This document shows, piece by piece, positions 37,270-46,830 of a stretch of 64,000 nt of DNA (within the stretch, counting starts at the first letter, position 1; each line of letters begins with the position of its first letter). The notes below the pieces were generated by a model. The model was not told where the DNA came from. It ran no database searches and saw only the letters and a list, made by a program, of their open reading frames with translations. Source of the DNA: Camelus ferus (taxonomy: Eukaryota). The position numbers and the translations under genes were made by a program. The stretch covers positions 44,518,001-44,582,000 of the forward strand of contig NC_045697.1 in the NCBI RefSeq assembly GCF_009834535.1, written 5' to 3'.

Positions 37270-37371
37270 CATATACTTTCCTAATACTTGTTGAAAATCT
37301 GCAGCGACTGCATTTGAAGGAGAAAAATGTTCTTGTGACATCAAAGGATTTCTCAGAAAAGTCTCACTAAC
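37270..37371 (-). CDS. VAMP9: VAMP9-like coding exon 4 (longin C-terminal helices)
   Basis: ttttcccag|GTTAGT ... TATATG|gtatgt; 102 nt, phase 0-0; VSETFLRNPLMSQEHFSPSNAVAADFQQVLGKYM (compare VAMP7 PYAMNSEFSSVLAAQL). Confidence 0.85.
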
Positions 37372-39025
37372 CTGGGAAAATTAATGGAAATATTTAAACT
37401 ATATAGATAATTTCAACTGGAGAACTGTATACAGAGCAAGCATTATTTGAAGCAAAGTCTGGCAGAAACTGGCAAGAAAAGAAACCAGAACATTTCTGGA
37501 TTTTTGGTGTCTGGGTGTCCTTTCCATTTAAAGATACAGTATTAATGAAAACTGTGCTTTCCCAGTCTTCTCCACCACAGAAGTACAGACCACAGCCTCG
37601 TATCGTGAGACTGCAGGTGCTGCCTTGACTCTTTGGTATTGGCATTTCTGGGGAGGTGAGGGGACTTGCAGATGTTTCCTTTTGGCAGAGAAGGAAAGAT
37701 GGGATTCCATGATATCTTCTAAATAAATGCTTTCCATTTTCCCCTCCTGCCCCTACCCTCAAAATCCATTCAACAATAACAAAACAATCCCAACTAAATA
37801 TCATGATACTATTTTTCAAAACCTATAGGGTTGTTATATGACATTTCAAAACTTCAAGAAGGAATTTTGACAATTCTGACAATTCAGAAGTAGTAGTAAC
37901 CATCATGTGGTTAGAAGTTTTGTGTCATATAGTTTTGAAAAGTTGGTAAAGTTGAGATGTTCTTCCATAATGGCAGAGAAGGAAAAAAAATTAGAGTGGA
38001 GTCAGTTAAATGGCTAACAACGTTTAGCAGGTAGATGCTAATGACTGTCTCGGCATAACTGTAGAGTGAACTACAGTATTAGGTCTTGTAATCTTTGATT
38101 CTATATATGGTTACAGTTTGAGTTGTGTTAAAACAAGTTGTTATGCTAAACAAATAAAATGTATGCATTATTTATGACTGTGACTGGAGAAGAACTATTA
38201 GTAACTATAGTATAGCTGACTGATTTTTCCATGAATATTTTTTGTTAAAATATTTATCCTAAATTATATATTTGTGAATAAAATTGAAGATTAGTATTAT
38301 TTACTTTTTAAAATAAGATACAAACATACTATCTGGACCATAAAGTTATCAGAATAATGGTTTAGCCGTGGTCTGCCTCTGAGACTGCCTTTCACAGTCT
38401 TATTCTAGTCAGAGATTAAATACTGGGTGATAGCAACTGATGATATCTATTGAGAAGGTTAATTACCCTTTGAGAAACTTATAAAATCTCATTTATCCAC
38501 ATAAGTACATACATATAAGTATTCTATTTAGCATATTTTATATTTGCCAGGAGTTTTCAGGTAAGATGTTTCCTAAAGATAGTATATCTTGAGTAAAAAA
38601 TTTTTTTCATTTAACTCATACAATTGATTCATATTTTCTACCAGAAATGTCTTACAATAATTATTTGAAAATTAAATACATATGCTATTGAAAAGGTATA
38701 TTAAATATTAGTAAAGATAATTTTTCTTATTTTTAAAGAACAAAATAAATACACAGAGAGATTCTAGTAGATCTGGGTGGATTGTCTTTGCAGATCTTGC
38801 TTTCGAGTCAGGGGAGGTATGAAAGCAGGAGACAGATGAGGGATAAGGGCAAGAAATCTCTGAAGGTCATTAATGGCTCTACTATACAGACATGTAGATG
38901 TTAATCTCGCAGACATGTATGATCTGCTTTTGGTCAGTGACATTATTACTAATAAACTATAGAATAGACACCTAATAATTTCAGTAACTGAAGAAGTCCT
39001 TAAAGTAGTACAAGAAATTACTTAC

Positions 39026-39122
39026 ATTTTTAAGAAATGCAGATGGTGTTATGGTATCCAAGGTATTGTCTGAAGCACATAGGTAAGTGATTCCATCAAT
39101 AAACAGAGTATGGTAGACAAAG
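39026..39122 (-). CDS. VAMP9: VAMP9-like coding exon 3 (longin core)
   Basis: cttttcaaag|CTTTGTC ... AAAAAT|gtaagt; 97 nt; (S)FVYHTLFIDGITYLCASDNTLDTITPSAFLKN aligns without gaps to VAMP7 YLFHYICQDRIVYLCITDD...AFNFL. Confidence 0.9.
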
Positions 39123-39349
39123 CTTTGAAAAGAGTACATTCATTTACATCACATTAAAGAAATTAAGCAATGACACAGAGAATTTAATTTCATTTTCAAG
39201 CTCTCACTAACAGTGTAAAAACTATGTAGATAACTTTTTATAATCAGAATAATTAGAGAATCTATCATACATTTGAAAAATCAAAGTAAATTACGTTAAA
39301 TAAAAACTCTCTAAAATATGAAGGCCTTTTGGCCTGAGGCACTGGAAAG

Positions 39350-39475
39350 GTAACATGTGGAAGGCTGTAGGGGGAGGTTTGGTTTTGGAACTAAGTTTGA
39401 GATGCCCATTAGATATCCAACAGAGACGTAGAAGAAGCAGTTGGATATACAAGTCTGGAGTTCAGGGAAGAGATC
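39350..39475. mobile_element. L2 fragment (other L2-like pieces near 16750-17120, 20330-20460, 30100-30670, 42480-43540 and 62780-63000)
   Basis: aagtttgagatgcc.attagatatccaa...gcagttggatatacaagtctggagttcaggg. Confidence 0.6.
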
Positions 39476-40708
39476 CTCAAAAGACTCAAATTAGAATGTC
39501 CACTGTAGGTTAAGCAAATAGTAGAGGAGGATAGTATCTTTTTTCAAAAAAAATCACTTCAGCTAATAAGTGAAAACAAAACTAGATGTCACCATTTTGC
39601 AACCCCCCAATAAATTAATGGCTCTAGGATGTAGGCAGTGAAAGTCAATGGCTGCTAGCATGCCAAAAGGAGACATACGCAGATGTTATGTACCATCTGA
39701 TGAAAAAACACCTGTAGTCTTGCCAAAGGGATCATGCCGCCGGATCCGGCTGCTTGGAACATGGTGAATTGTATTTTGAATATGCAATCAGCAAAACCAG
39801 AATATGGGAAGCTCTACAGGTTCTTCAACAATAAATTGTAAGGAAAAGAAAGGGAAGGAGGGGAAATATGTGGGTTAAAGAGACTTGGAAAACATCAATT
39901 TTAAAAATGGGCAGGATTGGGCTCTTGTGTCTGAGGATGCATATTTAGGTACTGAGGCAATAAACAGGATAAATGACTGCAACAGAAGTTGGAATGATGG
40001 TTGATTTGAGGGGGAGGGAGGAAACTGTGAGCAGGCCAGGCTACATGGTGGGGAGTTTTGGGGGGAGCTGGCAGTACTCCATTTTCTGACTTAGGTGACA
40101 GTTGCAGTTGGTTGGTAGTGGGGTTCTTCGAAAAACTTCATGAAACTATACATTTGCTTGATGAGGTTTTTCTGTTTTGTTTTATTTTACAATATAAAGG
40201 TTAAAACAAACCTCCTCTTAAAAAAAATGATGAGTCTAAAAATTATAGAAGCTTTCTTATTCCTCACCTGTTCTTTTACTAGCAAAAGGTTTTTAAGACT
40301 GGTTTAGGCCAAACCATGCAATGTCCCAAGTAAATCTTAATGATCTTATTACAGATATTTTCAAGTGGAAGTCTCCTTTTTTATTAATGAAATATTTTGG
40401 ATATGCCAACAAAGTATGGAGAATAAGATAACAAGAACAGTTGTAGACCTACCATCCAGTCAAAATGTTACAGAGACAATTAATGTCCCCACAACTTCTT
40501 CTCCCTTCTCTTTGCAGAGGGAACCACTATTTCGAATTTAGTGTTCATCATTCCCATTCATCATTTTATACTTTTACATATAAAAGTTCTCCTTTCTGAG
40601 GGTTCAATCAAGAGTCTGTGCAACAAATATTTTTTCCCTATATCATTATCATTGGAATTATTAGCTAGTAATTATTGAAAAGTAGGCTTTTATTAGAGTA
40701 TACCATAC

Positions 40709-40779
40709 CTTCCCATATGAATTATGGTCTTTGGTTCAGCTCTAAGAAGCACTAGTTTAAGCACTGTTGCAGCTGCTTC
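40709..40779 (-). CDS. VAMP9: VAMP9-like coding exon 2 (longin domain)
   Basis: Minus strand tttatttttag|GAAGCA ... GGAAG|gtatgg; 71 nt; EAAATVLKLVLLRAEPKTIIHMG plus 2 nt; phases compatible with exons 1 and 3. Confidence 0.82.
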
Positions 40780-43619
40780 CTAAAAATAAATTGTCAGCAT
40801 TTACTTTGCAGAAGACTGTAGTGTCTTTCATTATACATCTCCTTAATTTACCAATGTTCTGTTTAGTTTATTAAGGAACAACTGTTTACTAGGAGGACAA
40901 ATAGGTGGTTATTCGTAATGCATGGTAAGAGGCAAGTTATCATGAAATATTCATATGAATCTGAAGGAAAATAATAAAATTACATAAATACACATATACT
41001 TTGTGCATACACATAAGTATGCAAATATAAGTTGCACTAATTAGTCTTATTTTTACAGCACATTATCATATATGGTTTCAAGGCTGGGAAGTACTATCTA
41101 ATCAAGTATCTTTTCAGTGACCTCTATGAAGCTACATATAAAATATTAATGGATTAAAAGTATTCTGCTTTTAGTCTCAGAATAACTTAAGCAGTCTTCT
41201 TTTTTTTTTTTGATTAAGATAAAAAATTTTATTCATTATTATTCACTGATTTTTTTCTAAAAGACAAATAATTACTAAGATCTCTCATGCCTGTTTCTTA
41301 TAAGGCTTATTCTTTGGGGGAAATTTTGCAAGGTACTGCGATTATCCAGATACCTTAAATACAGTTGATTGTATGGAATCCCATAAATTGACTTTATACA
41401 TGTGAAAGGGACGTGAAAGTAACCTAAGAAGACTTGAGTAGCCGCACTCCTGATTAACTTTTCCATTTTTACAAAATGACACTGGAAATAAGGAGAGTAA
41501 GGCTTATTACTAATGGTAAAGAGTAAAACTTGAAATTATTGGTATTGCCTGAAAAATCCAGGCAGTATTTTCTAAAAAAGGATTTCCTAAGAAACATTAA
41601 GGGAATCTATAATCTTTCAATTAGTCTATTCTCTTCATTGGATCATATTCCCCTACCTTTCTCCAGGTGTCTCTGTTAGAGTATATAAACAATGGAATCA
41701 TAGAAAAATGACAAACGAAGCAAATGGCAACGTGAGGCAGTAAAATGAGTGACAGCCTGGGCTGCAGTACTGTTTCTAGAATTGATGTGCTGCACAGCTT
41801 GAGAAGGTGACTTATCTGGGTCTGTTTCCTTGTGTGAAAAATGAAGGGACTGGGCAAGATGATCTCTAGGATCCTGTCCAGCTCCATCATGATTTGATTT
41901 CATGATTATGCTTTGGTAGGTACTAATATTGTCTAGTAAGTATAAAATATTTGTCATATTAATATTTAGCACCAAGGAAAGGCATGTCCCTTGAAGCTCT
42001 TTGTCATCCTTTTTCTCCTCTCTGGTCAGCCTTCCACAGAGCAGTCATCCCACATCTTTAATCCTTTCCTCCGACTGCATACTGCTCCATCGCCTTCCAC
42101 TTTCTTACCTCCCTGCATGCTTCATAAAGAGAGGCCACTGGGCTTATGAACTCCTTTAAGACAGGGACTGTTTTAATCTTTGTACAGTGGACGATGCCGT
42201 AGTAGGTTCTTAATAAACATTTCATAATTATGAAGGGAGACAGAAAGTTGAAGGATAAGATTGCCCAAGAAAAGTATAGAGTCAGAATAGCAGAGCGCCA
42301 AAAAGCAGAACGCTGTTTTAGAACAGAATAGAGAGGTGGGCCACCGAATGAGAGGAATGGTATTCTGAAAACCAAGAGAAGAAAATTAAAAGAATGTCTT
42401 ATGCTCCAGAGAAGCTGAACAAGATCTACAAGGTGTTCATTGAACTCACAGTCCTTCTTGGGCAATCTTATCTACTTCAACTATCTTTAACTGTTCACCC
42501 TGACCCTCTGAGTGCGACCTATTGGATATTTTTATGACTTAAATATTTTGGGAATAAGATGGAGGAATAAATACACAAATAGATTGGCTATTTCCAACCC
42601 GCAACACAATTCAACCTGTCCCAGGCTGTACTCTCCTCCCCTGCATTCCCTCTGACTCCTTTCCCCACAATTCTGCCCCTCCATCTGTCGTTTCTATCGT
42701 TTGATGCCACCTAAGAAAAAAAATTGACAAATCTTCACATTAAACACCTTAAACTTACACAATGTTCTGCCAATTTTATCTCAATAAAGCTGGGGAAAAA
42801 GATTTTAAAAATTGAGAATCATCCTAGTCATGGCCCTGACCCTTCTCCCGCATATTCAGCCAGTCATTAACTCTATGAGGATTAGTTTTACAAAGTATGT
42901 TTAGGATCTGTCCCCTTCTTTTCTTCTGCAGGTTATTGCCCTAGCTCAGGCCCTTAGATCTTCTGGGTAACCAGTAAGAATACCATCCTGTTTCTCTTCC
43001 CTCCAATCCACCTTGTACATTGTAACCAGATCAAATTTTCCAGGAGATGAATCAGATCTTGCTATTCTTCTATTTATAAATCTTTAGGATAAAAAACCAA
43101 ACTGAATATAGGACTTTTTATTAACTATTCTTTGTCCACTTTTCTGACCTCATCTTTAGCCCCTGTATACTGGGAACCTGTGCTCTATCTAGCCCCACTG
43201 AGGTTCTTGAGGTTCCGCACACACACCACACTGATCCCTCCGCATGGGGTCTCCACCCCCCTTTCCTGTGCCAGGCTAGGGCTAATGCTTGCAATGCTTT
43301 TGCACAGGAGCATCACCTCCTCTGTGGCTGGCAAGCAGTCACCCATCCCGAGTGCTACGGGAGTAATCTCGATCTACCTCCACTGAAATACTTTCACACT
43401 GTAGGACGACTGAACGTAGCCCCTGAGTATAAAGGGACAACGTGCTCATCAAAGGACAACTCCAGGCACCGTTTTCTCTTCATCGTTTCATCCCCCACAC
43501 CTTTACCCTGGGATTTTGCGACTAACACATGCTCAATAAATGTGGGTTGAACTGCTGACCATTCTTCAGTTTCTCATTTTCTCTCAGGGGAGAGAATATT
43601 TTTAAGGGTCTCCGGAATT

Positions 43620-44135
43620 AAACGTGACTGCTAATCACGGCCAAGTAGGTCGCGTGCAACACCAACCGTAGCCCCTGGGCGGCGCACTTGCGGCTCTGCC
43701 GTCTGGGAGCGCGAGCGGCTCCCGCCAGGGATTCACCATCTCGCAGGCTAGGCCGCACGGCGGCGTGGCCTCTCGAGGGAGAGGCCGTTCGCGGAGGCGG
43801 GGCCTCACGCCTCAACAGCCGATTCCCGGCAGCTCCTTAGCGCCGCGTCCCGAGGGGCAGGTCCGGTGGGTACCACCCTCGAAAAGTGGAACCCGTGATG
43901 GCCGAGGTGGCGACCCAGGGGTACCTGATAAGAGCCGCCGGTTAGGGCCAGCTCGGCTAGGACCGCTCGGCCATTTGCAATGCAGCTGTAGGTGATCGTC
44001 ATAGTGGGCGGGCCAGTGAAGGAAAGGCTCCCGCCAGACGTAACCGCCCGCGGCAGCCTCGGGGCGGGTGACTGGGGCGGGGCTCCGGGAGAGGACGGTG
44101 TCTGCGCAGGCGTGAGGGGCGATTGATTGGCAGTC
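43620..44135 (-). promoter_or_regulatory. CpG island and promoter of the VAMP9-like gene
   Basis: Only dense CpG/GC-rich stretch of this size in the window; spans the ATG exon; GC boxes near 44061 and 44074; NRF1-like tgcgcaggcg at 44103-44112; CCAAT on minus strand at 44126-44130; MYB-like TAACCG at 44041-44046. Confidence 0.8.
43925..44002 (-). CDS. VAMP9: Longin R-SNARE (VAMP9-like) coding exon 1
   Basis: cccactATG with A at -3; MTITYSCIANGRAVLAELALTGGSYQ resembles the VAMP7 N-terminus (MAILFAVVARGTTILAKHAWCGGNFL); donor CAG|gtaccc; 78 nt, phase 0; lies in a CpG island. Confidence 0.88.
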
Positions 44136-46302
44136 AGGGAGGTGGGGCCATCTCTGGTCTGGGCTGAGTCTGTACCGAACCTATGCTGAACTCTGAGCGA
44201 GGTTTCTGGAAAAACTGGGTTTAGGTGAGTGAAGCCTTTCTACGTGGTCATCGTTAAAATCATTTAAGAGCAGTTTACTCCACAGTGCTTACCTACATAT
44301 AATTCATTCACAGTGTAGGTCGTGTAAAATATAGACCTTGATTTAAAATAAAATTCATTTGTTAACACCACGAGTATCAGTTGAACTCCGACTATGCGCT
44401 GAGTGCTTAGACCAACAGGTAAGCCAGGAGGTAGGTGGGCCCCGGACCTTGACTTGAGGAGGTCATATTCTAGTAGTGGTCACCGAGGCACATGCAGACA
44501 AACGCCACTCTCAAGTGATAAGTGTGCGCTGTGATGGAAAGCTGAACTAACCGTACAAATCCGAGTGTACGCAGCTAATTCTCCTTAGGAGAGGGAGCAA
44601 AACTTTCAAAGTCACTGTCCGTTATAGAGGATGGGTTGAACTCTCTTAAGTGGGGAGGAAAGATAGGACGGTCTAAGCAGAGGGAACAGCTCTGTAAAGG
44701 CTTGAAAGAAGGCCAGTGGGTTTAGGGGACGGAGTGTGGCAGAGTGGGTGTGTGGTAGAGTGGGTGGGTGATGGGAGTGGTAGACGACTTCTTATCTTAG
44801 ACCTTGAGTTTCTTGGCAAGAATTTTTTAAAGTATAAGCTTCAGATAAGCTTATATGTTTTCATTAGCAAGGCGATGTGGTACAGTGGAAAGAAACGAGA
44901 CACACTTGATTCAAAATACAGGCATTGCCATTTACTCTGTGGCTTTACCGTAACTTAACGTTTCTGAGACTCTGTTTGCTAATCTATAAAATGGGGATAG
45001 TTGTCAAGTTTAAATTAAGTAATTATGCAAAATATTGTAGATATGCAATCTTTATTATGATAAATACATTAATGAGAATTAGTTTCTTGCTCCCAATGGT
45101 ATAACTTTGAAGGAAAAACAATTGATGTCCTCCTGGGGTCCCTGGCAGGAGGTGAAGACAGGTAGTCGATTGAGTTTATTTTAACCCAGTGCAGTTAAAT
45201 TGGGTTTGACAAGCAAGGAGCAAAACAGATCTGGATTGTAGTCGTGAGAATGCCTTGTTGAATCATTTATCCTTTTGTATGATGGAAGTCTTAAATCAAT
45301 GTATCTTATCATCTTAGAGAAAATGTCTTGTGTTACTCGTGGGATGACTGAATTACAAGCACTGGTCACATTACTTATATGTGGGAAAATGACATGTTAA
45401 TTCTGAGGTAATGCATTTATATATTCTTGGTTATAGTAAAAATAAGCACAATAAACTTGGCCACGTTGCTTTGCTCCTTGCGACTGGACAATGAAATCGT
45501 GAACTGTAGTAACAACAACAAGCATCTGGTAATTGGAGCGGTATATTTAGGACCTTCCCCATCTTGGTCTCACCTTGTCATATTAAAACAATCCTGTGAA
45601 GCAGGTGTGGTGGGTTAGCTTTGCACAAACCACAGATTCTGGCCTACAGCAACGAAAAACGTAATTTATAACACAACTCTAACTTTCTTGTGAGCCTCAT
45701 TTTACTGATATCTGAGCTTTATCTAGTCAATACCAGGTTTCCTCAATGAACTCAGAATTTCCCCTTTCCCTTCTTTCTACATAGGGTGCCATCTGTGTGT
45801 GTGAGGAACTTGGTGGAGGTGAGGTCGTCTGGTTCATGACCATCTCTCTAAGGTGGCATTGCTGCTAATGTTTGTTTTCTGTCTGTCTCTGGTATCAGTT
45901 CACATACTCCCCTTGGAACCTCAAGGCCCCTTCAGGCACTCTGATTCTCTCTCAGCCACTTTTTTTTCCCCCTTGGGGGTGTGGCCTGATCATCTGCATT
46001 TTTTACAAACATTTCAAATGGGTCTGTGTTCACTCAAGTGTGGGGCTCAATGGCCTGGTCCACAGCCCGGTAAGTATCATTTGTATTAGATGTTCTCTAA
46101 GGCCACTGTCACCTCCAACGGCTCCTCAGCTCTAGTCAGACATACGGTGCGTGTGTGACTTGTGGGAGACGTGTTGCGATTCAGTATAAGGCAGTTTCAC
46201 GCTTCTCTCAGCCACTTTTGTGGCTTTCTTAGGGGCGAGGGAAACTTTCTGCTGCCCCCAGTGCCATTCTGAGGCTTTGGGAGGCTCAGGAGGCTGTCTC
46301 AG

Positions 46303-46830
46303 TGTTAGGTAGTTAGGTAAGTGGGGGCGCCAGGCAGATAGGTGGAGGGGAGGGAGGATGGTCCGGATGGCGGTATGCCTGCCTGAAGGGACTTTACTTC
46401 TAGATGAGTGTCTGCAAGAAACTGGTTAGAACCCAACAGCCAGGACTGGGTGGTAGCAGAAAGGACTTAACCAAACATAACCCAATGTTCATTGTGTTAT
46501 AATTAACGTTAGGGTTTAGGTGCGCCCTCTATGGGTTTTTCTGTGTACACCATGGGTAAGGACATGCACAAAAGGGGCCAAATATGACTAAGCACTCTAG
46601 GGACAAGAGCCGTCAATCAAAAGACCACCTCTAAGTGAGGGTATAAGAAAAAGGGGAGACAAAAGCCACCGCTTTTTCTCCCTTGGATTAGCCTACCTCC
46701 CGTTCTTGGAGGAGTACATTTCCTTTTCTATGTAAATCTTTAAAAATGTTTCGCTACACAACACACCGTCTTCTATCTATAAACATCTTTCGGTATGACA
46801 AGAAGTAGGTCTTTACCTTTTGGGGTAACA
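46303..46830 (+). mobile_element. Solo ERV LTR (ERV1-like)
   Basis: Inverted termini TGTTA...TAACA; flanks tcag/tcaa (4-bp TSD with one mismatch); internal TATA-like gtataagaa near 46641. Confidence 0.65.

Noticed and set aside
37394..37819. 141-aa minus-strand ORF, the longest in the track
   Set aside because: Intronic, non-ATG start, no recognisable domain; it ends before exon 4 and is not needed for the spliced frame.
42058..42465. 135-aa minus-strand ORF
   Set aside because: Non-ATG start, no homology I can recognise, adjoins L2-like sequence in intron 1; likely a chance ORF.
43805..43924. ORF-track extension of VAMP9 exon 1 (VPLGRHLGHH...)
   Set aside because: Read-through past the CAG|gtaccc donor into intron 1; longin similarity resumes only in exon 2 at 40779.
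19784..44002. Interpretation as a VAMP7 or VAMP8 processed pseudogene
   Set aside because: It has five canonical introns, an open frame and its own CpG island, and the sequence is far from both paralogs.
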